DNA of 64,000 nucleotides from Chitinophagaceae bacterium (GCA_013140985.1 JABFRU010000035.1:849-64848), one strand, 5' to 3'. Positions 54,311 through 63,886 are shown, counted from the first letter of the stretch. Notes: generated from the sequence alone by a model not told the origin. Made by a program: numbers and translations.

Positions 54311-54846
54311 ATGATTTTTTAAAAAATACCTTTCGGATCATACTATTCATCCTGGTGCAGGTGTATGTGCTCAATGAGATAAAGAACCCTGTCCTGCATA
54401 AATTCATTGTACCTTATATATATTACCTGCCTTTGCTTTGGCTTCCTTTTTCTATTACCCGTTGGGGATTGCTTTTTACCGGTTTTATTGCCGGTCTTAC
54501 ATTGGATTATTTTATGATGACCCCGGGTCTTCATGCAGCAGCCTGTGTACTGATCTGTTATATCAGGCCTTATATTATTAATATCCTTGCTCCAAAGGAT
54601 GCCGCAGAGTTTACATACCGGGAGCCATCACCTAAAGCCATGCAGTGGACCCCTTATATGGTGTATGTTTTTATCCTCACCCTCCTTCATCATGGATACA
54701 TGGTGTTCCTGGAGTGGTTGAGCTTTGGCAGTTTCCTTGATTTTATCCTTAAAGTAATTTCTACCACCATCATCAGCATGCTGATTATTGTAACAGTGGA
54801 ACTGATCTTCCCCAGAAGACTGCGGTTTCGGACAAACACTCCATAG
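54307..54846 (+). CDS. mreD: Rod shape-determining protein MreD
   Basis: 179 aa with about 5 TM helices. The GTG start overlaps the mreC stop (GTGA). The call is positional plus topology. Confidence 0.8.
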   Translation: MNDFLKNTFRIILFILVQVYVLNEIKNPVLHKFIVPYIYYLPLLWLPFSITRWGLLFTGFIAGLTLDYFMMTPGLHAAACVLICYIRPYIINILAPKDAAEFTYREPSPKAMQWTPYMVYVFILTLLHHGYMVFLEWLSFGSFLDFILKVISTTIISMLIIVTVELIFPRRLRFRTNTP

Positions 54847-54970
54847 CAGTGCTCATCCTGGCTGCCGTGTAAATGAAAATTTTCTTAAAAGAAATTTTAT
54901 TGCCAAATAGATTTGGAAACGGCCTTTCCTAATTCGTACTTTGCATTACTATAAAAATTTTTCATTCTTT

Positions 54971-54998
54971 GACCTCATACTTCCGACCTCTTACTTCA
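54971..54998 (+). repeat. Tandem 14-nt (2 x 7) direct repeat abutting the mrdA start
   Basis: gacctcatacttcc gacctcttacttca. It ends 4 nt before the ATG at 55003. I found no inverted arm. Confidence 0.8.
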
Positions 54999-55002
54999 GT
55001 CT

Positions 55003-57129
55003 ATGCCTGTGTTTAACCAATCAAGAAGCCGTATCGTTCGTCTTGTTTTCATTGCTGCGTTCCTGGTTATTGTCATTCAATTGTTTTACCTGCAGGTTAT
55101 CTCCGGAAAATATGCCCGGCAGGCAGATGAGAATGCTATTTTCCGAAAACCGGTGCTGCCACCAAGAGGTTTGATCTTCGACCGGAAGAACCGGGCCATC
55201 CTCAACAATACACTGACCTATGATCTTATTGTTACGCCGGCACAGGCCAAAGGAATCGATACTGCTTTTTTCTGCCGGCTGATGGAAATAGATGTTGATG
55301 AGTATAAAAAAAGGATGACGAAGGCAAAACAAAAAGACAGGACAGGTTATCTTCCTTACATTTTTGAAAGTTCGATAACACCGGCAAAATATGCCCGGCT
55401 GAATGAAAACCTCTGGCGTTTCCAAAGTGCATTTTATATACAGGACCGCCCCATCCGCACCTATCCTTTCGCTGCCGGCGCAAATATTTTTGGTTACACC
55501 GGAGAAGTGGACAGCAATTATTTAAAAAAATATACGGATGAAAATTATATCAGCGGCGACTATGCCGGCATGACGGGCATTGAAGCCAGCTATGAAAAAG
55601 TACTGAGAGGAGAAAAAGGGGTACAGGTTTTATTAAGAGATAAATTAGGTCGCATACAAGGTCCCTATGAAAATGGATCACTGGACCAGGAAGGAGTAGC
55701 CGGAAGTAACTTATATACCAGTCTGGATATTGACCTGCAGCAATACGGCGAAAAATTGATGACCAATAAAGTGGGATCCATCGTTGCTATCAATCCAAAG
55801 ACAGGAAGCATAATTGCGATGGTGAGCAGCCCTACTTACGATCCCAGCTTGTTGACAGGTGCCCAAAGAAGAAAACATTTTAATGAACTATATCCTGACC
55901 CCAGAAAGCCGTTGTTGAACAGGGCGGTCAATGCATCTTACTCACCGGGTTCTACTTTTAAAACATTGCAGGCATTGGTGGCTTTGCATGATGGTGTGAT
56001 CACAACTAATACAACTTTTAGTTGCTCCGGTGCTTTTTACGGATGCGGCGGAGGTAAGCCAATGGGTTGTCTTGACCCGGGAACATATTATTTAAGGACA
56101 GCCATTACCCATTCCTGCAATACCTATTTTGCTCATGTAATGCAACGGGTGATCAATAATCCAAAGTTCCCCAATATCGACAGCAGCCTGAACGCATGGA
56201 ATGCATATATGGCTGCATTTGGGTTGGGACATAAATTAGGTGTGGATGTTCCTACTGAAAGAAGCGGATTTATTCCTACGGCCGAATATTTCAACAGTCC
56301 TAAACGATATGGGAAAGGTCACTGGAATTTCTGCACTTTTCGTTCAATGAGCATAGGGCAGGGTGAAGTAAACACCACCCCCTTACAAGTGGCGAATGAG
56401 ATGGCTTATATTGCCAACAAGGGATGGTATTATATTCCGCATGTGGTTGATTCAATAGAAGGAGGCGATAAGCTGGGATTACTGGATAAGTACAAACAGA
56501 AGATCGTACCGATCAATATTCCCGACAGCATTTTTGAAGCAGTGCATGATGGAATGCAGGGAGTGATGGATGGCGGAACGGGCCGTGGCTCCAAGGTGGA
56601 AGGCATTACTATTTGTGGTAAAACAGGAACAGTAGAAAATTATTACCGCGGGGTCAAGCAGCCTAACCACTCTTTCTTCTGCGCTTTTGCACCAAGAGAG
56701 AATCCAACAATCGCCATCATGTGTGTGGTGGAAAACAGCGGAAGATACGGCGGCTCTTATGCGGCTCCGATCGTCAGCCTGATGATCGAAAAATATATTC
56801 ATGATACTGTTTCTGCAAAAAGAAAACCATTGGAAGAAAGAATGATCAATACCGATCTGATCCCCCCACTGATGAAACAGGAAATGGTAAAAATGGATTC
56901 ATTGAAAAAAAGCAGGGAAGATGATATACAATTAAAAAATGAATTGAAGGAGATCAAAGACACATTGCAATCGGAAGATAATCCGACAGAGAATGAGATC
57001 AGGATAGAAAAAGGAAGAGAGAGCAAACCAGCAAAAGATACACAGGAAAATAAAAGACTACAAACACAAATGCTTGATCCGGCTAAACAACGTAAAACAA
57101 GCTTTGTAAAAACTGCAATCAAGCGATAA
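55003..57129 (+). CDS. mrdA: Penicillin-binding protein 2 (elongasome transpeptidase) with a charged C-terminal tail
   Basis: 708 aa with an N-terminal TM helix. It has SPGSTFK (SxxK), SCN (SxN) and KTGT (KTG). It lies immediately upstream of rodA. Confidence 0.93.
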   Translation: MPVFNQSRSRIVRLVFIAAFLVIVIQLFYLQVISGKYARQADENAIFRKPVLPPRGLIFDRKNRAILNNTLTYDLIVTPAQAKGIDTAFFCRLMEIDVDEYKKRMTKAKQKDRTGYLPYIFESSITPAKYARLNENLWRFQSAFYIQDRPIRTYPFAAGANIFGYTGEVDSNYLKKYTDENYISGDYAGMTGIEASYEKVLRGEKGVQVLLRDKLGRIQGPYENGSLDQEGVAGSNLYTSLDIDLQQYGEKLMTNKVGSIVAINPKTGSIIAMVSSPTYDPSLLTGAQRRKHFNELYPDPRKPLLNRAVNASYSPGSTFKTLQALVALHDGVITTNTTFSCSGAFYGCGGGKPMGCLDPGTYYLRTAITHSCNTYFAHVMQRVINNPKFPNIDSSLNAWNAYMAAFGLGHKLGVDVPTERSGFIPTAEYFNSPKRYGKGHWNFCTFRSMSIGQGEVNTTPLQVANEMAYIANKGWYYIPHVVDSIEGGDKLGLLDKYKQKIVPINIPDSIFEAVHDGMQGVMDGGTGRGSKVEGITICGKTGTVENYYRGVKQPNHSFFCAFAPRENPTIAIMCVVENSGRYGGSYAAPIVSLMIEKYIHDTVSAKRKPLEERMINTDLIPPLMKQEMVKMDSLKKSREDDIQLKNELKEIKDTLQSEDNPTENEIRIEKGRESKPAKDTQENKRLQTQMLDPAKQRKTSFVKTAIKR

Positions 57130-58494
57130 ATGAATCAACGGGCGCCGGACATAGCAAAAGGAACAGACTGGTTGTTGATATGGATTTATCTTGCCCTATG
57201 TGTCATTGGATTGATTTGCATTTTTTCTGTCGAATACAGAACAGGTGATAATATCATGCAGGGCTTACTTGGCTTCAAAAAGGAATACAGCAAACAATTC
57301 TTTTTCCTGGGAGCCAGTATTGTAGTGGCCATTTTCATTTTAATTACTGACAGTAAATTTTTTACCGCCACAGCAAATCTCTCTTACCTGTTTGGTGTTT
57401 TTCTTATTCTCGTCACTTTTGTTGTAGGAAAAGAAGTAGGCGGATCAAAAAGCTGGATACCGCTTGGCTTCATGAATCTTCAGCCTGTAGAAGTTTGCAA
57501 AATTTTTACATCGTTGGCAGTAGCCAAGTACATGTCTCGGCCAGAAATGAATTTCTCCAAACCACGGGCACAGATCATTGCGGCGGCTATTGCCTTTGCG
57601 CCGGCCGTTTTATCCGTGTTGCAAAAGGAACCCGGCGCTGCGCTGGTTTACTTTTCTTTTGCCATTGCTTTTTTCCGTGAAGGGCTTCCGGGTGTTTATC
57701 TTACTGTATTTTTATCATTGATCCTTCTCATTATTGCAAGTATTGTAGTAAAACAAAACACCTTATTTGTTATTCTGACTATCCTGGCCATTGGGTTTGT
57801 TTATCTTGTCAGGAAAAAAATAAAAAGAAATCCCCGCATAGTTGTGACGACCATTTTGATCTGGGGGCTTTGTGTAGGGGTTCAAATGTTTTTGGTCCCG
57901 GCCTTGTTTGAAAAAATATTAAAATCCCACCAGGTAGTAAGGATACTTTCAACATTTGGTATCGATGATTATAAATTCAAAAACAAAGAAAGGGCAGCAG
58001 AAATTCAAAGAGAATATGCCAAGCAAGGCACTGCCAGAGACAAAGGAGTAAAAGGAGAGAGCTATAATGTAAAGCAATCCAAGATAGCTATCGGTAGTGG
58101 CGGTTTTTGGGGGAAAGGTTTTTTGCAGGGCACCCAAACCAGCGGTGATTTTGTTCCGGCACAGAATACAGATTTTATTTTTTCAACAGTGGGAGAGAGT
58201 TTTGGTTTTTGGGGTAGTGTTCTTGTATTGCTTCTTTATTTTGGATTGATGTTACGCATTGTCTTTCTTGCCGAACGACAACGAAGTACTTTCAGCAGGG
58301 TGTATGCTTACTGCGTTGGTGGCATTTTATTTTTTCATGTGGTGCTGAATGTTTGTATGACGATCGGCCTTGCACCTTCGCCGGGTATCACACTTCCATT
58401 TTTAAGTTATGGAGGTTCATCATTACTTACTTTCACAATTCTTTTATTCATATTGATCAAACTCGACGCAGACCGGCAAATGGTCTTGAGATAG
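57130..58494 (+). CDS. rodA: Rod shape-determining SEDS glycosyltransferase RodA
   Basis: 454 aa. It has SKIAIGSGGFWGKG, NTDFIFST and LPFLSYGGSS. By memory of the E. coli sequence, it carries roughly 24 extra residues before the SKIAIGSGG motif. Confidence 0.93.
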   Translation: MNQRAPDIAKGTDWLLIWIYLALCVIGLICIFSVEYRTGDNIMQGLLGFKKEYSKQFFFLGASIVVAIFILITDSKFFTATANLSYLFGVFLILVTFVVGKEVGGSKSWIPLGFMNLQPVEVCKIFTSLAVAKYMSRPEMNFSKPRAQIIAAAIAFAPAVLSVLQKEPGAALVYFSFAIAFFREGLPGVYLTVFLSLILLIIASIVVKQNTLFVILTILAIGFVYLVRKKIKRNPRIVVTTILIWGLCVGVQMFLVPALFEKILKSHQVVRILSTFGIDDYKFKNKERAAEIQREYAKQGTARDKGVKGESYNVKQSKIAIGSGGFWGKGFLQGTQTSGDFVPAQNTDFIFSTVGESFGFWGSVLVLLLYFGLMLRIVFLAERQRSTFSRVYAYCVGGILFFHVVLNVCMTIGLAPSPGITLPFLSYGGSSLLTFTILLFILIKLDADRQMVLR

Positions 58495-58513
58495 GAATTA
58501 GTAATTTGCAGCA

Positions 58514-59251
58514 ATGCGTATCATTCCACTTTCCGAAGGCACATTTACTATTGATAAGACAAAATTGTTTATTCCTTTTGATGAGGGGAGAGAAGATCTG
58601 CAGCACAGAACTAAAGGCAGCTTGTTGGTAGAGATCCAGCCTTTTGTTGTTATTACATCCAAAGACATTTTATTGTTGGATACAGGTCTTGGTTTTGAAA
58701 AGAACGGAACATTACAGTTGCATCAGAATCTTATGAATGCAGGTATTAATCCATCTGAAGTAACAAAAGTCCTGTTATCGCATTTGCATAAAGATCATGC
58801 AGGAGGTGTTGGTCTGGAAAGAGAAGGATTGGGAGCAAGACTGTCATTGCCATCAGCTACCTATTATGTGCAACAAACTGAACTCGCATTAGCTTTTGAA
58901 AAGGGGTTCCCGTCATTTGTTACAGAAGAACTGGAATGCCTGAAGAACAACAACCAGGTTGTCTTATTAAACCGGGATGGAACAATTGGTGATTATATTC
59001 ACTATGAAATAACAGGAGCCCACTCTCCGCATCACCAGGTATTTTGGATAAAGGAAGAAGGTGAAACTATTTTCTTTGGTGGCGATGATGCCCCGCAATT
59101 GCAACAGATGAAGCATCGCTTCATAGCGAAGTATGACTTTGATGGTAAGAAAGCAATGGAATTAAGAAGAGAGTGGTGGGAGAAAGGACAAAAAGAAAAA
59201 TGGACGTTCCTTTTTTATCATGATGTAAAAAATCCGGTCTTTAAGTTCTGA
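58514..59251 (+). CDS. MBL-fold metallo-hydrolase
   Basis: 245 aa. It has the LSHLHKDHAGG (HxHxDH) motif. Confidence 0.85.
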   Translation: MRIIPLSEGTFTIDKTKLFIPFDEGREDLQHRTKGSLLVEIQPFVVITSKDILLLDTGLGFEKNGTLQLHQNLMNAGINPSEVTKVLLSHLHKDHAGGVGLEREGLGARLSLPSATYYVQQTELALAFEKGFPSFVTEELECLKNNNQVVLLNRDGTIGDYIHYEITGAHSPHHQVFWIKEEGETIFFGGDDAPQLQQMKHRFIAKYDFDGKKAMELRREWWEKGQKEKWTFLFYHDVKNPVFKF

Positions 59252-59255
59252 AACA

Positions 59256-59281
59256 AAAAGCCAGTTCTGTGTGAACCGGCT
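59256..59281. terminator. Stem-loop between convergent genes
   Basis: gccagttc tgtgt gaaccggc (8-bp stem, one mismatch), preceded by an A-run that gives a T-run on the minus strand. Confidence 0.5.
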
Positions 59282-59311
59282 CTTGCTAATCTATGAAAAA
59301 CACCAAAATTT

Positions 59312-59755
59312 TTATATTTGTCGTTGTATGATCACCGCTCTTGTCCGGGGACGAATCCGATTCTTTTGTGTCCGGTCATTAATCTCCTTTCTAATGATCT
59401 CTTTGAATTCAATTTCATGCTTGAAAATCCGGTCCGCCCTTTGCTCATCGATGATCTGACGAAACTCACCACGATACTTTACACGGAGTTCTGCGATTTT
59501 TGATGCCCGCATGATTCCATCCCCTTTAAATTCACGGTTAGTTTTGCGAAGCTCCAGCATATAGCGCATAAAAACAGGACTGAATTTTTCAGACTCTCCT
59601 TTTGAAAGGTTGAGTTTTTTCTGAATATATTCCTTCATTCGCTCCTGCAGTTTGCCGCCAGTTTCGGCATCGTCAGTACCGGTGCTGTCAGCCTGTGCAA
59701 AACCGGTAAAGGCAACCAGTAATAAAGAAAATAATATGGTCAAATATTTTTTCAT
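59312..59755 (-). CDS. Periplasmic helical protein (Spy/CpxP-like?), third gene of an ECF sigma operon
   Basis: 147 aa with signal peptide ..FTGFAQ. It is highly charged and looks helical. It starts 3 nt after the upstream gene. Confidence 0.65.
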   Translation of the reverse strand: MKKYLTILFSLLLVAFTGFAQADSTGTDDAETGGKLQERMKEYIQKKLNLSKGESEKFSPVFMRYMLELRKTNREFKGDGIMRASKIAELRVKYRGEFRQIIDEQRADRIFKHEIEFKEIIRKEINDRTQKNRIRPRTRAVIIQRQI

Positions 59756-59758
59756 TTG

Positions 59759-60526
59759 TTAATCCATCATTGTTAATTCGGTATCATCCACATCAGCTGT
59801 TTCTTCGAGAAACTCTTTTAACTCGGACTCGGGAATATCTTTCAGTAACTCTTTTGCTTCATTTGTATTGCTAATAAAAACTGTTTCTTTGCCATTTAAT
59901 CCCGCATCAGTGTACTGCATAAAATCTTGCAGATCATTATCGCTCATTGTTTTGATCTCATTATTCAATTTTTTTTCAAACTTAGCCAATGACTTTGCCT
60001 GCTTTTTTTCTTCATTGCCAAATATCAATACTCCTGTCATTGTAATGATACCAATAACCATAGCCGCCGCCGCATACCGGAACCATTTACGATGTGTTAT
60101 TGAAACAACTTTTGTTGCTGGCTTAAAAGGGATATCAATGCTTTCAAAATATTCTTGCGGAACACTGTAAGGATTTTCTTTCTTCAAGCCACTCAGTAGT
60201 GGTGATAAACTTTCTATTTCTTCTTTTGCTGTCTGATATTCGTTCCCTTCACGAGCGGATCGCATTGCATTTTCAGCAAGTCTTTCAAAGTATCCAACCG
60301 GAACGGAATAAATATTTTGTTTGGAAATAGTATTCAATAATGGTGAGAGGTGATTCAATTCTTCAACAGTATTTGCAGCATCCATTGCTTTGATGCGGTT
60401 CAGCATTGTTGCCGCCAACCCATCAAAATAGCCAGCCGGAACTGAATAAATATTTCCTGTCGAAACATTTACCAGTGTGCTGTTCAGTTCATTTAATTCT
60501 TGCAATATGTTGTTTCTCTGTGTCAT
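59759..60526 (-). CDS. Single-pass membrane protein with three N-terminal YSVP.GYF repeats; putative anti-sigma factor by position
   Basis: The ATG at 60526 gives MTQRNNILQELNELN... It has three ~40-aa repeats, a TM helix (YAAAAMVIGIITMTGVLIFG) and an acidic C-terminus. It lies directly downstream of the ECF sigma gene. Confidence 0.65.
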   Translation of the reverse strand: MTQRNNILQELNELNSTLVNVSTGNIYSVPAGYFDGLAATMLNRIKAMDAANTVEELNHLSPLLNTISKQNIYSVPVGYFERLAENAMRSAREGNEYQTAKEEIESLSPLLSGLKKENPYSVPQEYFESIDIPFKPATKVVSITHRKWFRYAAAAMVIGIITMTGVLIFGNEEKKQAKSLAKFEKKLNNEIKTMSDNDLQDFMQYTDAGLNGKETVFISNTNEAKELLKDIPESELKEFLEETADVDDTELTMMD

Positions 60527-60562
60527 TTTCGCTTTTGTAAGATGGATTCCGCACCCCAAAGT

Positions 60563-61117
60563 TTAATGATTTAGCATATAATCCTCAACTTTTTTGACCG
60601 CATGATGATAGCTAGCTTTTAAAGCCCCTTCGCTGGTTTCCAGCACTCTGCTCATTTCCTCGTAGGGCATCTCATCATAATATCTCAGGTTAAATACAAT
60701 TCTCTGTTTTTCAGGCAGTTGCTGGATGGCCAATTGTAGTTTCCATTCTATCCGGTTGGCATCGAAGTGTTTATCGGCTTTGATCTTGTTGCTCAGGCCG
60801 GTTTCCACATCGCTAAAACTAACCGCTGCCCTTTTTTTCTGCTGTTCAATAAAAGTCAGGCATTCGTTGGTGGCGATCCGGTAAAGCCAGGTGTACAACT
60901 GGCTATCCTCCCGGAAATTTTCAAGGCCATTCCAAACCCGGATCAATACGTTTTGCAATACATCGTTGGCATCATCATGATCAACGACCATCCGGCGGAT
61001 ATGCCAGTATAATTTTTCCTGGTATTTTTTGATGATAGTAGTGTACGCTTTTTCTTTCGTAATTGGGTTACGGAACTGTACAAGCAATTCACTATCGCTG
61101 GTTGTGGTCAGGGACAT
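60563..61117 (-). CDS. ECF-type RNA polymerase sigma-70 factor
   Basis: 184 aa. Region 2 (VLQNVLIRVWNGLENF..QLYTWLYRIATNECL) and region 4 (YEEMSRVLETSEGALKASYHHAVKKV) are present. Confidence 0.9.
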   Translation of the reverse strand: MSLTTTSDSELLVQFRNPITKEKAYTTIIKKYQEKLYWHIRRMVVDHDDANDVLQNVLIRVWNGLENFREDSQLYTWLYRIATNECLTFIEQQKKRAAVSFSDVETGLSNKIKADKHFDANRIEWKLQLAIQQLPEKQRIVFNLRYYDEMPYEEMSRVLETSEGALKASYHHAVKKVEDYMLNH

Positions 61118-61196
61118 GTTGTCGGGGCTTTGGTGTGCTTTGAAAGGTCAGGATTGTTTTCGTTTAAAAAACTAACTTTCGTAAAATTACCTGAAG

Positions 61197-62027
61197 TTAA
61201 TCTTTCTTTTCTTTTATTTTAAATGATGGCTTGAAGAATAGCCCCACTCCGAACCGGAACGAATAGTGAGCAAAGTTGGATTTGTTAAATTCATTACCAA
61301 GCCTTGCTGTAGTTGTTGCATAAAGTTGCAGACCAATACGACGATCTTTTGTAAAAAAGAATTTCGAATCTAAAGACAGATCAAGAAACTGTGCCCATTT
61401 TGAGCCGCCTTGTATTGGCAGGCGGTAATCTTCCAGTTCAGTTGCAGAATAATCAGTACTGACGCCATCGTATCCTACCAAATTGTAGCGGACGATAAAT
61501 GATTGATTATATATTTTTTCATACCAGTTCAAAGAGCCTTGGGCAAACCATCTTGTGATCCTGCTTTTATAATAATTGAACCTGGTAGATACCGGAGGAG
61601 GATCAATATGATAAAGTTCTTCATTCATCCGGAAACTTCCGGCTGTATAACCTCCAAAAAAATTGATGAACCATTCCGGCGTATTCTTTTCCAAAGGAAG
61701 ATACACTCCTGCACCAATATGAAATCCATTATGATGATAGAAGAGCTTTGAACTATCCCTGCTACCTGCAAAAAACTCATAATTATGCTCAGTATCACGG
61801 TAACGTTGCGTATATATGCCGCCAATAATTGCGACCCGGTTTGAAACTGCATAGCCGGCGTTCAAATCAAATCCCGAAGGAGTGCCGTAAGTAGCAGAGA
61901 TGGAATAATCATTTTTCTTTTCGAGAGAGGGATTGTTCGGTTGATTGGAGGAATAGATCCTCCGGTTAATAATGCCGCATCCTTGTAAAAGAATGATCGC
62001 TGATATATACAATATGATATTTTTCAT
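61197..62027 (-). CDS. Hypothetical lipoprotein, beta-barrel-like
   Basis: 276 aa with lipobox LLQGCG. It shows alternating aromatic/Gly segments, and ..FRFGVGLFF lies near the C-terminus. Confidence 0.6.
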   Translation of the reverse strand: MKNIILYISAIILLQGCGIINRRIYSSNQPNNPSLEKKNDYSISATYGTPSGFDLNAGYAVSNRVAIIGGIYTQRYRDTEHNYEFFAGSRDSSKLFYHHNGFHIGAGVYLPLEKNTPEWFINFFGGYTAGSFRMNEELYHIDPPPVSTRFNYYKSRITRWFAQGSLNWYEKIYNQSFIVRYNLVGYDGVSTDYSATELEDYRLPIQGGSKWAQFLDLSLDSKFFFTKDRRIGLQLYATTTARLGNEFNKSNFAHYSFRFGVGLFFKPSFKIKEKKD

Positions 62028-62103
62028 TCTTTTTGATTCAGTTATATTATCTAAGATAAGGAGTAATTATTTTTTGTAGCTTTAGAAGGATAAAAACAAT
62101 AAT

Positions 62104-62838
62104 ATGGGATATTTTATTTCGAAGCCGCCTGTTACAGTAATGCTGATACTGGTCACAATGCTGGGCTCATTGAATTTCTCCCATGCACAAGGCACCAGGG
62201 ACAGAACCCCTGTTCCCAGCGAAACATTGATGACAGAGCTGGGCGGTACACCTATTTACATCAAAACAGACTATGTCTTCGACGGCACTCCCTATTTTCC
62301 AGAAGAGTATGCAAAAGCTATTGTTATTCTTAAGAGCGGAAAAACATTTGTCGATCTCAAAACGAGAATGAATTTTTATGATAACTCGCTGGTTATGCAA
62401 TTAGCTGACGGCACCGAACTTGTAATTACAGGCAATGTCTCCAAAGTCATTTATGAACTCATACCTATTGGTGATAAGCTTAAGACGGTGGTTTTTCAAA
62501 GAGGTTTTCCGGCTGTTAATAATTTCGACAGCACCACTTATTATGAAGTGTTGGATTCAGGCAAAGTGAAACTGCTTAAACATTCTTCAGTGAGCTATAG
62601 CGACACAAGAGGTTATGGGGAGGCGAGCATGACAAGGGTGTTTAAAAAGAAGGAATCCTATTACCTGCTATTGCCAGGCAATAACATCAAACAACTGGAA
62701 AAAGGAAAAAATGAATTCCTTTCTATGCTTCCAGATAAAAGAACAGAGATGGAAAGATATATTGAAGATAAAAAGCTCAAATGCAAAAAGGAAGAAGACT
62801 GGACAGAACTTGTCGCTTACTATAATTCTATCAACTGA
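62104..62838 (+). CDS. Hypothetical secreted protein (paralogue of 8117..8821)
   Basis: 244 aa with a signal peptide. It shares motifs with the 8117 protein. Confidence 0.65.
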   Translation: MGYFISKPPVTVMLILVTMLGSLNFSHAQGTRDRTPVPSETLMTELGGTPIYIKTDYVFDGTPYFPEEYAKAIVILKSGKTFVDLKTRMNFYDNSLVMQLADGTELVITGNVSKVIYELIPIGDKLKTVVFQRGFPAVNNFDSTTYYEVLDSGKVKLLKHSSVSYSDTRGYGEASMTRVFKKKESYYLLLPGNNIKQLEKGKNEFLSMLPDKRTEMERYIEDKKLKCKKEEDWTELVAYYNSIN

Positions 62839-62844
62839 TCGCCA

Positions 62845-63798
62845 TCATTTTCTTTTCATTGCCTTTTCCGCTGCGGCCACAATATCCGGAACATCAAGAC
62901 CATATTTTTTCAAAAGGTCTTTTGGCACACCACTTTCACCAAAAGTGTCTTTAGTGCCAACATATTCGATCGGAATGGGAAAATTCTTCGAAGCACATTG
63001 GGCTATCGCATCACCTAAGCCTCCAATGATATTGTGTTCTTCAGCAGTAACAGCACATTTTGTTTTCTTTATTGATTTGATCACTGTTTCTTCATCCAGC
63101 GGTTTGATGGTATGAATATTTATTACTTCAACACTGATGCCTTTTTCCTGTAGTATTACACCGGCCTGTATCGCATTCCATACCAAATGGCCGCAGGCAA
63201 AAATGGAAACATCAGTTCCTTCTGAAAAATAGTGCGCCTTACCAATTTTAAAATCTTCTTCCTTGCTGAATATAGGCCATGAAGGACGGCCGAAACGTAA
63301 ATAAACAGGGCCTTCATATTCTGCAATAGCGATCGTAGCTGCTTTTGTTTGATTATAATCACAGGGAACAATCACTGTCATACCCGGTAGCATTTTCATC
63401 AAACCAATATCTTCCAATATCTGGTGAGTAGCGCCGTCTTCTCCCAATGTAAGCCCTGCATGAGAAGCGCAGATCTTTACATTCTTTCCGCTGTATGCAA
63501 TGGACTGTCTTATCTGGTCATACACTCTTCCGGTAGAAAAATTTGCAAACGTAGTCGTGTAAGGGATTTTTCCACCGATCGTTAATCCTGCTGCAATGCC
63601 CATCATATTGGCTTCAGCAATACCGCATTGGAAAAAACGTTCAGGAAATTCTTTCATGAACTGGTTGAGTTTGAGGGATCCGGCGAGATCGGCGGTCAGC
63701 GCCACTATATTGGAATTTTTTCTGGCGGCTTCTACAATGCCATCACCAAAACCGCTACGGGTATCTTTATTACCGGTTGATTGAATTTCTTTTAGCAT
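62845..63798 (-). CDS. Transketolase-family protein, C-terminal (pyrimidine-binding + C-terminal domain) subunit
   Basis: The ATG at 63798 (or 63804) gives MLKEIQSTGNKDTRSGFGDGI... It has QCGIAEANMMGIAAGL and ..EDGATHQ... It is about 317 aa, typical of the split-transketolase B subunit. The track start at 63993 is an extension. Confidence 0.9.
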   Translation of the reverse strand: MLKEIQSTGNKDTRSGFGDGIVEAARKNSNIVALTADLAGSLKLNQFMKEFPERFFQCGIAEANMMGIAAGLTIGGKIPYTTTFANFSTGRVYDQIRQSIAYSGKNVKICASHAGLTLGEDGATHQILEDIGLMKMLPGMTVIVPCDYNQTKAATIAIAEYEGPVYLRFGRPSWPIFSKEEDFKIGKAHYFSEGTDVSIFACGHLVWNAIQAGVILQEKGISVEVINIHTIKPLDEETVIKSIKKTKCAVTAEEHNIIGGLGDAIAQCASKNFPIPIEYVGTKDTFGESGVPKDLLKKYGLDVPDIVAAAEKAMKRK

Positions 63799-63886
63799 AA
63801 TCATAAAATTGCTGCAAAATAAAGGAAATGCGGCGTTTGTTGCGGTGTATTTCTTTTTGATACCTTTAAGAAGATAAACGACACTT

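Noticed and set aside
62845-63798. Orphan split-transketolase C-terminal subunit: no N-terminal (TPP-binding) subunit gene lies immediately upstream on the minus strand.
   Set aside because: Only ~200 nt of upstream sequence are in the window, and a plus-strand gene starts there. The partner gene may simply lie elsewhere. Separated subunit genes may not be unusual, but I cannot judge that without the whole genome.
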